A stretch of DNA of 64,000 bases from Octopus sinensis (taxonomy: Eukaryota), in the NCBI RefSeq assembly GCF_006345805.1, contig NC_043001.1:73718001-73782000 (forward strand). The letters run 5' to 3'. Within the stretch, counting starts at the first letter, position 1. Each line of letters begins with the position of its first letter. Shown one piece after another: positions 23,821 to 36,915 of this stretch. A model generated the notes under the pieces. It searched no databases, was not told the origin of the DNA, and was given only the letters and a program-made list of their open reading frames with translations. The position numbers were made by a program, and so were the translations under genes.

Positions 23821-26800
23821 CATATTCACTTCAGTGATCTCCAGTTGATTTTCTTGCTATATTGTTGCTTCCTGAATAGAAAATACTAACATTTTTCTGA
23901 TATTGTTTTCTCTTCTTCATAGAAAAGTTATACAACACAGTTTATTGAAAATTGGTATAATCTATTTATATATTTATTTGTCAGATAAACATTTCTTTTT
24001 TTGTATACCTCAGTTATGCAAAACATTGGCTTATACGATTTGGATGATGCTTCTGATTATAATGATTATAATGATTGTAGCCTTGTTTGTTTTGCTTCTT
24101 TTTTCTTTTTTTTTCTGTACAAAATAATGGCATTTCAGTTTTGTTGATGAAATTTGGTCTTTGAAATGAGTAAAATAGGTCTGAAAGTTTCTGGCATTTA
24201 AAATTACAAACTGTTCAGTCAATTCACGAAGCATGAATGAAATGCTGTGTAAATATTGTGTGTACTAAAGCAGTGGCTTGTTTTATGGTCTTTCTGTTTT
24301 CTTATAAGGTAGAAAAACTCACTGAAAAAATGTGTGTGAACATAGCATGGAAGGCAGACGTTAAACAATGATGATGATTATTTATATATATATATTTATT
24401 TATTTATTCACTTACACGTACATGCATATATCATTGTTATAGAGTTTAAGTCCTTTATTATCTATTGTATAAAAGTAAAGAATTTAATTGATTAGAATTG
24501 ACTAAGATAGGAAAGAAAGAGCTAATGTTGCTATACGGAAGATACTTTCACTTTATTTGCAAATGGTCTTAATCTTTATTTTTGCTATTAATTATATTTT
24601 AAAATTTTCTTTATTTTTTTCTAAAACTTCAAGTCAAAATTCATATTTCTGTATAAATGCATAAGTGATATTAATGAATAAATAAATATTACATAAGCGC
24701 CAGGTACCCTCTCTAATCGACACATTGTGGTTAGCTAATCTTGGAAACACTTATTTTCAACAATTTACTTTATAAAATTTTTATCAGATAAAATATATAG
24801 GAATTATAAGTACAATTTTAAGGTTGCAGTTTTTTTTATTTGTATGGTTTTATTTTAATATTTTAATAAGGAATTTTTATTTTCTCCTCAAAATTTGATT
24901 TAGTTTAAAGTCAAATGAAATAAAGGAAGCCAATCATTAATTGTATAAATTGGAGTTTGAACATTCTTGATAAGTGGTTTGTTGGTCTCATTTTATCTTT
25001 TCCACTGGGAGAAAAAAAAATTATATTTTGTCATGGTTTAATGTTTTTTAATCTCCGGTAATCTCTGCTTTTTTGATAAAATGTTTTACTAGTAATTTCA
25101 TTGTTAAACCTACTTGAGTTTAATAAGTCTATCATTATAAATTCAAATTAATTAAATAGAACCAAATTAAATCTAAGAGTGCAAGAAAAAACTCTGTTTG
25201 TGTGTTGCAAGCTTGATATATATAAATATTTTACTGAGGCTTTGACAATGTTTTCATCCTTTAAATATTCTTTGCACGTGCATATTTGTTACTAAGATAG
25301 TTTTCAAATAACAACACCTTGATGGCTCTTCGTCATTGACATGCATGATTTCGAAGACATTCTAAAGGTAGATTTATTTTAACATTTTCATGAACTTTTC
25401 TTGCTATTGTAAAAGTTCATATTTCTCTAATAGTTCTGACTTGATTGTTTTTTTTCTTTGCTTGACAAAGCTGCCTTAAGGTTTCCGTGTTAAATCTGTA
25501 CTTAATCATCATCTCTCATACTTCATTGCTTTGGTTTAGAGCAAATAGGCTTGGCAGCTGTCTAGATATAGCTAGTTATTTTAGTGGCTAATAATATTAT
25601 TACACTTATTATTATTATTATCATCATCATCATTATTATTATTACTGCTACTACTACATTTGTTTGAAATTTTCATCTGATACCATCTGATATCTTTATT
25701 GTGTATTATTGTATTAAATTGTTGAAACTAATCTGTTCAAAGCATGATTATTAACCATTACATATTTTTCAATTATATAGTTGAGTACTTAAAAAAAAAA
25801 AAGATGTAATTAATTTATAAAAGAACTTCATATTTCATAATTTATTAAAGTAAGTTTTAAATTTATCTGAAATGTCATTCTTTGTGTTTTTAGGTTGTTT
25901 GGGATCTTTTAACATTTTTACTTATGGAGATGATGGATTTCTTAGTTTAAACACCAAGCAATACTTATAATTTGTTGTTTGTTTATTATTATTTTAACTG
26001 CAAAAGAAGAGCACTTTGTTTTAAAGAGTCTAAAATAGATTGTTTTCTCTATTGATTACAGATATTTAATCTATTTTAGTTAGTCTTCTTAGAACTTGAT
26101 ATGTTTTTTTTTTTCTTTTAGGTATTTTTGAGATTTGTAACTTTTCTAAAATATAACTGCTTTTACTTATGGACAGGAAGATACTTTTGTATATTGCAAA
26201 TTTCTTTGTCAGAACATTGCTGTGAGAGAATTCAAAAGATTTTTCACTTATATATAACTGAAAGAATATTTGAATTGTGTATCTATTTATTTAACAAAGC
26301 AAATTATTAACGAAAACATATTAATATTTTGAATTAGATTAGACAAAAGAAGTTATTTTGGTATTATTGGTACTGCAAGACATGGTGACAGTAGTGTATT
26401 TAATGTATTTATGGCTTCTTAGGAGTCAAGTCAGGACATTTGATGTAATTAGGTCATTTCTTTTTAGCTAGGTGGCACTAATAGTGGTTGGTGGTTAACT
26501 TGGCAATGTGTTCCATAATATCCAAAGTTCAGTGTTTCAAATTTCTGAGATCAAATCCACTTTAGATGAATTTACCTTTTACTCTGTCAGCATCAATGAA
26601 ATAATATTTGTGATATAACAGTGTTTGATATTTTTTCTCTTTAGGAAGGTCCTTGTGCTTTTAGGGCAATGGAAAGCCATTATATAATTTGCAATATCTG
26701 AGTTTGGTACACTTATACATTATTGAGGTAAACCAGACTGGATTAGATATTTCTCTAGTTTCTATAAGCATGATATTTTCTGACAAATAGAAATTAATAA

Positions 26801-26891
26801 AACATACTTGTCTGATATTTTCAAAATTTTGCCAGTCTAAAAATAATAATTTTATTTTTGTCACAGAAGGAGGCAGGGATCTTGCAATCCT

Positions 26892-26918
26892 ATAGGTAAT
26901 ATATATATATAATATATA

Positions 26919-26979
<61 letters not shown>
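26892..26979. repeat. interrupted (TA)n microsatellite
   Basis: Read directly from the sequence. Confidence 0.95.
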
Positions 26980-26981
<2 letters not shown>

Positions 26982-27249
26982 GCAGCACTGTTGGTGGTTG
27001 TGGTGAAGAAAGTTGCTTTGAATAGAAGATTGTGTGCTGTGGAATAATGGTGGTTGAAATATGTTGGTAAATGAGCCTTTGCCTCTTAGATATGATCTTG
27101 ATATATTGAGCACTGGATTGGGTAATATAAATGTCACCCAAACAGGGTCAATAGCTGGTTAAGACTTGAAGTACTTTCTCACTCTAAAAAGGAAGACTAG
27201 TCAGGCAGTTTTGACAATGTTACAATATATATATCCGCTCTGTTTGTTT

Positions 27250-27600
27250 TTTTTACATTCATCTTTTTTCTGTGCTTGCATGGGTTAGATGAATATGTTA
27301 TCAAGCCATTGCTTTATGGCTGGATGCACTTCCTGATGCTAACCCTTACTTGTTTCTGAACTAAGGGCTCTTTTATTCTGTTTGGTTTTGAAGGTGCAAA
27401 TTGAGCAGATGACTTGTTGACATGCAAAGCAACAAGAGTTCTTGTCTATAAGTTGCAACCTTCATCAAAACAAACAATATGTGAGCATATTTACACACAC
27501 GCACACACACACACACACACACAAAAGAGGGATTTCTTTCAGTTTCTATCCACTAAATTAATGGGCTTAGGGGTAGCTTTCTGTAGTAGTACCTGAACAT
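27250..27600 (-). mobile_element. RTE-tailed CORE-type SINE
   Basis: GGCTGGATGCACTTCCTGATGCTAACCC tail, (CA)n, and GATTTCTTTCAGTTTCTATCCAC body. Confidence 0.65.
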
Positions 27601-28640
27601 TTTAATATATTTTTTATACTATTATATAGCAACCAAAAATTGTTTATTTGTTTAGTGTGTTTATGTGTTCTACACATGATATGACTGAATAATCTGCAGT
27701 ACCTTGGAACAGTTTATGTGTAGTGATGGCTTTATATTATGGGTGTGGGATGGGTGTCAGCATAACTTTGTAACCATGATTTTTGTGCTGGTAACATTTA
27801 GACTTAAATGTAACCTGCTTAATAAAGTAGTTTGTGCCAAACTTAATAAATCGGTAAAACTTTGTATTGGTAATTCTTAAGAAACTATACCAGTAATCAT
27901 CTAAGATTTTAGTGTTATTTGGATTATTACTTGCAGCTCTAAGAATATTTAGATGGAAGTAAGTTTTAAGCTAAATGTATGGGTTCATTAGTAAAAGACT
28001 TGTTATGACAGTGTGGATTAAAATATATCCCCAAAGCAATAATGTTTTGGTCAAATGAAAGTCAAAACATAGGGGATGATCTTTTGTGTGAGATTTGAAT
28101 TGAATTAGCTAATTAGATTTGTAATGTTGATAAGTTTAAATGCTTTAGGATGAAACTATCCAATTATGTTAATTGTAATTATAAAGCTTTTGGAATATTC
28201 CAGAATTGATTTAGTTTCTTCTGCAGAGTCAGCCTCTAAGAAGGAATGTAAGCTTGTGGATTCTATGTTAAATAACTGAGTGGGGGGGGAAACTGAAATA
28301 TTTTGGAATATTTATCTCTGGCTAATTATTTATTTGTTAATGATCTAATTTGAACATCTGACAAAAATTGACTGAAGCATCTCTTAGTTTTGTAATAGTA
28401 AAATTATAAAGCTTAGTGCTATGTTGCTAAAGAATTAGATGGTTATCTTGAAACACTTGAAAATATTGAAGATAGATAATTGCTTATGCAAGTCAACAAC
28501 AGGATACATGAATGCAAGTTATTGTATTGCAAATATTACAAAACTATATCATTGCCAAACTGTTTGAAAAAAAACGGTTTACTGGAATTTTTATATTTTA
28601 TTATTCTAGTTTCAGAAGTTTATTGCTCAATCAATATTAA

Positions 28641-28971
28641 CCCTTTTGACACCAACTCATCTGAAATCATTCCTATTTCTATGGCACAAATTTCTTCTTT
28701 TTAAATATCTAAATTTAAGCCTTCCATCAAAATTTCATGTTAATATATTTTCCAAGCACCAACTTAACTTTTTCATTATCATATTTCTGTTGAAATACAT
28801 CAGTTTCATTTCAAAAGAAGAATTTAGTAAAATAACTTTGTCATTAAGCTTGTGTTTGAAATATAAATCAGTATGAAATTTTGATGGACAGTTTTAATTT
28901 AGTTCTCTTTAAAAGTGAAAGCTTGTATCATAGAATCAGAAGTAGTTTCAGGCGAGTTGGTATCAAGAAGT
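28641..28971. mobile_element. piggyBac-like MITE, family 2
   Basis: TTAA|CCCTTTTGACACCAACTCATCTGAAA ... TTTCAGGCGAGTTGGTATCAAGAAGT|TTAA: imperfect TIRs of about 26 bp with TTAA flanks. Confidence 0.75.
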
Positions 28972-29990
28972 TTAATAATGACAAATTTATTTTAATAAAA
29001 TGTATATAAAAAAAAAAAAAAAAATGAAATGTAACAAAAGTAGTTCAGCAGAATTACATGATAAAATGGTTGAACTTAAGATTGGCAATGAATGATTGAA
29101 TCCTGTGGAACTTATTGATTTATTATATTCTGTATGAATTTTACAATAATAAATTGAGAATAAAATGGCAACCTAAGTTTAAAAAGAAATAAACAAGCAA
29201 AACACAAATGTATATTAATTCTTAATTCTGAAATCAGTCATTACATATTTTTATTTTTTTTGTTAGATGTTACAGCAAATTAGATTGTTTCATCCAGTAC
29301 TGAAAAAAGTGTTTGTAATTACTAAAACAGTAAGATTTTCTATGTAGTCTGGAAATAAAACACTTTTTGGAAATATTAAAGAAAAAGATAGGCAGTACCT
29401 CAGCATGGCTGCAGTCAAATGACTGAAGCAATTAAAAGGTAAAAGATAAAAAGATTTTCTTTGAAGCCAACTGGTTAAAAACAATTAGACCACCTTAGGA
29501 AGTGGTATGGTAAACAAAACCTGTATACTGCTTTTATTATTTCCAGCTTGACAAAGCTTTGCACGCACCAGCAAGTTTATTATTTGCTGTTTTCATATAA
29601 GAATGGCAGTTCTTAGTGGGCTATGAACAACAGTTTCAGTGTTTGTAGCTGATGAAGCATAATGATGCAGAAGCACTTCCTACAGTCTGATGATGTTCAC
29701 AACTCAGCTCAGTGTGTTTTCACACACATTGTCTTTTAGGAGAATTTCACTTCCATGACAGTTACTGCAGCAAAGGTCTTTCTACATTTGAGTGTACACA
29801 AATGTGTTAAATATAAATGCAGACAGCTTTGTTATATTCACTATTAAACGACATTTTGTAGAAATATCTTCCAGAATAATTAATTGAAATAGCATTAATT
29901 TCATTAAAGTACTTAAAATATATTGTTATATTTAGATGCAAAATATAGAACCTTCACAAAGATGCAGTGATGAGTGAAGCTGATTTATAT

Positions 29991-30094
29991 GGAATAATCT
30001 TGGAATTTAAATGACTAACAGCTAGACAAAGTGTAAGATTAAGGAATAATCTTAGAATTTAAATAACTAACTGCTACAAAAAAGTGTAAGATTA
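29991..30094. repeat. 52-bp imperfect tandem duplication
   Basis: GGAATAATCTTRGAATTTAAATRACTAAC...AAAGTGTAAGATTA at 29991 and 30043. Confidence 0.9.
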
Positions 30095-30282
30095 TGGAAA
30101 GCAAAATTTCTCAATTTTAAATGTGAATGTGCTGTAAACTGGTCAGGAAGCATGTACTTTATGTATGAAAGTGTGTGTGTGTGTGTAAATGTTTGTAACA
30201 AAAAGGGCAACTCTTGATCGTAGAAATTGGAACTAAATATTTCTCTAAAAATTGCTTATCTTCATTTAGTATCTTTTAACTT

Positions 30283-30660
30283 TTATTTGTATCAGTCATT
30301 GAACTTTGCCATCTGGAGTGCCACCTTTAAGGATTTTAGTAAAACAAACTGACCTCAGTACATATTTTTTAAAATTCTGATACTTATCCTATTAATTTCT
30401 TTTGCTGAACTACCAAGTTATATGGATATAAACAAACCAACACTGGTTGTTAATTGGTGTAGGAGGACAAGTTCAGACACAAAGACACATACACACATAT
30501 ATATCATTGATGTCCACACAGTTTTTGTCTACCAAATTTACTCTCAAAGGTATTGGTTGGCCTTTGACTATAATAGAAGGAACTTGCCCAAAGCACCATA
30601 CAGTGGAACTGAACCTAAAATCACATGGCTGCAAAGTGAGTTTCTTAACCATTCAGCCAT
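30283..30660 (-). mobile_element. CORE-type SINE family B
   Basis: Reverse of the 11580-11958 architecture. Confidence 0.7.
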
Positions 30661-30815
30661 ATGTGCAGTTTGTTTTAAACAACTGTCAACATAGCTTCTA
30701 TAAGATTTGTAGTAGTATTATGTAATTTTTTAAGCTGTGTAAAACTTGATCAGAGGAAGCCATTCCTTTATGATGGGAAACCGTTTAAGTAATACTATAT
30801 TTATGCTGCAAATAA

Positions 30816-31030
30816 GGCGGTGAGTTGGCTGCATTGTTAGCATCCCAGGAAAGTTGCTTAGCAGCATTTCATCTATCCTTTTGTTCTGAGTTCAAATTCC
30901 ACTAAGGTTGACTTTATACCTTTCATCTTTCAGGGTTGACAAAATAAGTACTAGTAGTGTATTGAGGTTGATAAAATGGACTTACGCCCTCCCCCAAATT
31001 GCTGGCCTTGTGCCAGAATGTGAAATCAAT
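30816..31030 (+). mobile_element. SINE family A
   Basis: AAGGCGGTGAGTTGGC head, GAGTTCAAATTCC box B, and the central domain. Confidence 0.8.
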
Positions 31031-31489
31031 ATATTTATGAATCAAGTAAAAGTAATATTTTGGTATTTTGGTTTTTAAGAAGATTATTTCTAGAAGAAAT
31101 GTTTAATATTAAATAGTGGAGAGAGAAAACTAAAAAATTTGGTTTCTTCAGCACCTTAACTCTCCCCACATCACCATCTCTTTTCAATCCTAGGCATATA
31201 CATAAAATTGAGGTTACTATAGCCTAACCACAACAATTCAATTTCCTGAATATTTAACATTCATTTTTGGTTTCCTAGTATCATTTGAGTCAAAGGAATA
31301 TTTGAAAGATATTTTCATGGATGCTTTTCTTGCTTAAATGGCTTTTTTTTGTTACATGATTAATTTAATTCCTTTGATTATGGAAGTATTTTTGCCCAGG
31401 TAAAGAGTAACTTAGAGTAAATAGAATGAAACAATATCTTCCTGTTTTGAATGATTTACACACAATTCCAAAAGTAGGCATGGCTCAGT

Positions 31490-32070
31490 AGTGAAGAAGT
31501 TTGCTTCCTAACCAAATGGTTTCAGGTTCAGTCTCACCATGTGGCACCTTGGGTAAGTGTCTCCTAGTATAGCCTCAGGCTAACTAATGCTTTATAAGTG
31601 GATTTGGTAGATGGAAACTGAAAGAAGTCCATTGCATATATGTATCTGTGTGTACACACACACACACACACACACACACAAATGTATTTGTCTATATGTA
31701 TGTATATATGTATGTGTATATACATATATGCATATATATATATATATGTAAATGTAAAAAAATACAAACTTGGACAAGAACGTGAAACATTTAGAAGACG
31801 ATACAAAAAACACGGACGGGACATTCGAAGCGTTCAATCTTCAGTCAAGAACCGGATCATCTTCGCAATTTCGGCTATATATATATATATATACTTGTGT
31901 GTGTCCTTTGTTTTCAATCTTCTATGATCACATGTCTGGCCATGAATGGGGAAGTATTACCTTATTTGGAAATAGATGTGGGTTGGCAACAGGAAAGGCA
32001 TCTGGCCATAGAAAATTCCCCTCAACAAATTCTGTCTTACTCATGTTAAAAACTAGGCCTGAAAATGGTG
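31490..32070 (+). mobile_element. RTE-tailed CORE-type SINE interrupted in its central microsatellite by a Penelope-like fragment
   Basis: Head and CORE at 31490-31635, then (CA)/(TA)n, an insert at 31765-31876, and the tail resuming near 31890 (GGGTTGGCAACAGGAAAGGCATC). Confidence 0.7.
31765..31876 (-). mobile_element. Penelope-like pLTR fragment with a degenerate hammerhead-like core
   Basis: CpG-rich. Minus strand reads CTGAAGA-TT-GAA cgc TTC-GAAT-GTC at 31819-31844 (GAAT instead of GAAA), plus a truncated GCCGAAA upstream. Confidence 0.5.
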
Positions 32071-32149
32071 AGGAATTTATTGAAATATACTATAATCACT
32101 TGTTTGCAAAGATTTTAATTAAATCATCTATATTGAAAACTTAATTTTA

Positions 32150-32374
32150 TCTTTTATCGTTTACTTGTTTCAGTCATTAGTCTGTGGCCATACTGGGACA
32201 CCACCTTGAATTTTTATTCAATGAATTGGCCCCAGGATTTATTTTTTAAACCTGGTCCTTATTCTCTCAGTCTCTTTAGCTGAGCTGCTAAATTATGGGG
32301 AGACAAATACACCAACCTGGGTTGTCAAGTGGTGGTGGTAGAGACAAACTACAAAGACACACACATAGATATAG

Positions 32375-32413
<39 letters not shown>

Positions 32414-32578
32414 CACGATGGGCTTCTTTTCAGTTTCTGTTCACAAAATCCTCTCACAAGGCTTTGGTTGGCTCGAGGCTATTGTAGAAGATACTTGCTC
32501 AAGGTGGCATGCAATAGGACCGAACCTGGAGCCATGTAGCTGAGGAGCAAGCTTCTTACCACATAGCCACACCTATGT
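32150..32578 (-). mobile_element. CORE-type SINE family B, full length
   Basis: Tail at left, central (TA)n, head (AAGCTTCTTACCACATAGCCAC) at right. Confidence 0.8.
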
Positions 32579-33239
32579 CTAATTGGTAAAGTTTCTTTAT
32601 ATGTTTTAGAATAAAACAATAGTGCAGTTGTGTAAGTTGTTATTTTAAGATTTTAGAATATAAAAAATTCATTTAGTTTCTTAAGTAGTTCTTTAGGAAT
32701 TGTTGTAAGCATGTAGATTCTATGTTGAGTTATTGAGAAAATGCAAATCTTCTGAAGTATTTATCTCTGGCTAATTTGCCTATGATCTAATTTGAAGATC
32801 TGACAAAATTGACTGAAGTGCGTCTTTTAGTGATTGTATAAAAAAAAAATCTAGTGTTATATTGCTAATAAATTAGATTGTTATCTTGTATTAGAGATAA
32901 TTATTTGTTATCACAATAACAATATTGGTTTTGTTTTATTTATCAATTAATCAATATTTATAATGTTATGAACCAGATATAAAATCTGCCACAGGCACAG
33001 CAATCTCACTACAGCAATTTTGAATATTTGATCTGTCCAGCGTAACAGTGAAATTTCCCTTACAAATGCTTTGCTGTCTTTAAAATATGAGTCAGCATGT
33101 TATTAAGTTCTTAAAATTTAGGTAAAGTAAAGACAAGATAGTCTTGGTCAGAGAAGTTAATGAAATACTTTCTTTCATTGATGATAGTTAACTTAGGTTA
33201 TCTATCCAACCACAGCATTAAACACAAGCTGTCTTTAGC

Positions 33240-33457
33240 TCTTTACCATTCAGATTACTCTCTCAAAAGCATTGTGTATTTATTCACATTATTTTGAATT
33301 AATCATGCATGATCATGTAACTGTGAGTTTTAGACAATATGATTGCTTATATTAGAATGACATTGTAAGTTGGGTGTGAGAGGCTGGATCTGATCAGTTT
33401 CAACGTAAAATGGGTAGAATATTTGAGCCAGATATGGCTAGTTTATTTGCTAAAAAG
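33240..33457. mobile_element. MITE family 1, decayed
   Basis: Body homologous to 3777-3995 (TTATTCACATT..TTTGAATTAATCATGCAT, GGTGTGAGAGG). Confidence 0.6.
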
Positions 33458-34098
33458 AGCTAGTTTTCAGTATTTCTGACCTAAAATTCTAAAGGCTTCT
33501 TTTTCTCAATAAAAGTTGTTTCCTAAGTTACTTCATTGTTGCCTTATGGAACATTAGAAAAAAAATTATTGCAGGAAAATAATCCTTATCAATTCAGACA
33601 TGTTATTCAAAAGTGCTTTAATTAATCATCTTTTAGTAGTCGAAAGTTTTCAATGACCAGAATTAGAAACCTAGTGAAGCAACCATAAAAATCCCCATTA
33701 TTTTTGTAGTGTTTGGTATGCAACATTTCGTAGAAAGCTTGTGCTACAACTGTTGTTAGGTGGTGAAGTAGGTAAAAGTGGGAAGCACTCTTCATGTTTG
33801 AAAAGAAGCCAAATTTTTGCATAAAACGTTGGCAACATTTGGGTTGTAAGTGCAGCAAAAGGAATTTGTTGAAATACAGCTAGTGATTACTTTAATATAG
33901 TAATGTACTGGTTATGAAGTATACAGACATACACTTATGGTCTTGATTGGATAGTTGAATAAACTGGGCAGAATTTTTTTTGTTTTTGAAAGGCTGATAT
34001 ATGATATGGAAGAGACCTGGAAATAAAGTTGTGCAGATGTTATAAAATATAACTTCAGAAATGAAATAACTATTTGAGCAGTAATAAACTATATTTAA

Positions 34099-34308
34099 CC
34101 CTTTTGTTGAACTACACTTGCCATTGTTTCAATTAATTTTGAAAAGAAAGAGGAATTTAGTAAAATAACTGTCTTTATTAATTTGGTGTTTTGAACATAA
34201 AATAATGGACTTTTGATGGAAGGTTTTAAATTAGATCACTGTGAAATAGGATGTTTGTATCATAGAACAAGGGGTAGTCTGATATAAGGTGCATCAGTTT
34301 TAAAAAGG
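34099..34308. mobile_element. MITE family 2, internally deleted
   Basis: TTAA|CCCTTTTG ... AAAAAGG|TTAA; shares GAATTTAGTAAAATAACT and TTTTGATGGA blocks with 28641. Confidence 0.65.
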
Positions 34309-36724
34309 TTAAGTTGATAATAGCTAGAATTACTTTTGCTCATTATCACCTCTATTATAAAGCATTACATTTAAGAAAAATACTTGAATATTGTAATGAC
34401 ATAATTTTATCTCTGACTTTTGTAAATACCGATAAGACAGGTGTGTGTGTGTGAAATATTGATTACTTTAGTCCAGTTATTATGTTAATATCTGTGAGCA
34501 TGTATGTGTTTTTATATGTAATAAATATATATGCATATAACAAAACTGCTGTAATTAAAGACATCTATACGATTAATGTACTTGAATACTTATTGCCAGA
34601 AAATTCATTCCCATTTTGCTACAAACATTACAATTTTTATTAACTACTATATTCCAATCTTAGGGTAGGTATACTGTGTACTTGTGTGTTGTAAAAGGCA
34701 GCTAAAAGGATCAGAGGCTGGAAGGGAATCTAGTTGTAAAATTCTGCTTCAGAAAACCTCTCCAACTCTCGCCAATATAAAAAATCAAATGTAAAATGAT
34801 TATGATGACTCAGAGGCTCAGAAGTTTTGTAGGTGCTTCTAGGTAGGTGAGGTTGATGCTATGATGATCAGTTTAAACTTCTGTAGGTTGAGAGCTGTGA
34901 GGAAAAAGCAATGTTGCTAGGGGAGACATTTTAGAGGATTAAGTGTTCAGTGTAGGTCTTAACTGAACTTTGCTGATGGTCAAAACCTGATGAGGATTGA
35001 AGAAGAATTCTACTCTTTGCAATACAATGTGATGGGGGTCATCACAAAATACCAAATAATAAAACTTAATATTTTCCCTCATTTTGAGGTGTTATTTTAT
35101 TTTGCTTTGTATGTGTGTGTGTATCTGTGAGTGTGGAGATAAAACTTGTGGTTCAAGACTGTTTCTTTGATAAATGTGGAGATTGTCTTTGTCCTTCTGA
35201 AGGAAAGTAGGACATCTATCTACACCATTGTCATTACATAAAATGACGAAAGTAATCAGGCTTGTTGTAAACCTTAAGGGCAGGCCATGCTATTTCAAAC
35301 ATTTATTCTCAGGTGTGGTAGGGATCTAAGATTATAATTACAACCCACTGCACTGATAAATAATTTGTTGGGTTTCAACTTTGAGACTTCATCTTATTTT
35401 TTGATTAACAAATATGTATAGTGACATATAAAAGACATCAATTTTTTGAAATTTGTATATTTATATTGATTAAGTTTACTTAAGTCTGGCCAATTGTCAG
35501 CACTAGAGTTTATTACTGTGTCCATTGGAGTAAATAGATGATGAACACAATTTCTTCTGAGTAGGTTGTTAATCTTTCAATTATACAAATACTTATAGAG
35601 AGATTGGTCTAATTTCTCTCCAGGCTTGTACTCTGTTGATCCTCTTGGGATGAAAGTCTAAAATAGTTTAGGTGTGATTTGAACTTGCTAACAGTCTCGT
35701 GGATGAGAAACTTGCATTTATGAGATAGAATAGCTGAATTCTTTTTTTAAAGATACATTGCTGGAATAGATAATAGGTTTTTGACAGGATAAAAACTGTT
35801 TTATGTTATGAAGTAGCTCTTTAAACTCTGTTACAAACATTGAATTGTACCTTGGGGCAAGGAATGTTACCAAAACATTGATGCAAATTACTTTTACTAT
35901 GCAAATGAGTATCAAGAATACTGCTTCTCAAAGTGGATGATACTGCCCTTTGGGGATGTAAGATTTTATATGGGGACTGGGAATAAAGGGGCAATAGATC
36001 ATCTGCACCACTTTTAATCTTATGTTTAAATAACAACTTCAAAAAAAAATTGATAAATGTAATATTAAAATAAACTGCTTATTGTATACAATTGCAATGA
36101 AAATTACATCATCCATAACATAACAACAGATTTTATAATGTGAATAAGTGAAAAACAACAAAACTACACACACACACACACAAACACACATACACTCATG
36201 TACACACCACCTATGTTTGTCAACCATAAACAATAAACAAAAGCATAATTTTAAAGACATTGCCAAAATTTGTTGGTATTTCCATTCATGCAATAAATGA
36301 CCTCTGTACCTGTAGCATTAAGTACATGCATATACCTGACTTGTTTATGAATTTAATTTTGCAGAATTGTAGCTAGAGAGTAGGGAAACGGAAAAAGTGT
36401 TAGTAAAAGAAAAAGGGCAATAGTGAAAATAGTTTCAAGATATTGTGATCTAGTATGAGAACTAACATTAAAAAATTTTTAAAAAAATAAATCAGGTATT
36501 AAAAATCATTTCTACAATATGAAATTATATGTTCCTTTTACGTGAAGTTTTCAATGTAAATTTAAAATTTCAGCATTTCATTGAGGAGTTTGTGTATGCT
36601 ATAATTTGGTGATGCCTGGAATTTAAATATAGACTTGTGCTTGATTCAACATTCAAGTCTCTGACCTACATTCTTTACATACATTGTTTATAGTCATTTT
36701 TTTCAGCCAAGTACAAAAACAATA

Positions 36725-36755
<31 letters not shown>

Positions 36756-36793
36756 ATATATATATATATGTATATGTTTATATATGTGTGTAT

Positions 36794-36865
<72 letters not shown>

Positions 36866-36915
36866 CATACACACACACACGTGTGTATGTCTATATGTGT
36901 CTATATATGTATATA
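36725..36915. repeat. compound (TG)/(TA)/(CA) microsatellite
   Basis: Read directly from the sequence. Confidence 0.95.
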
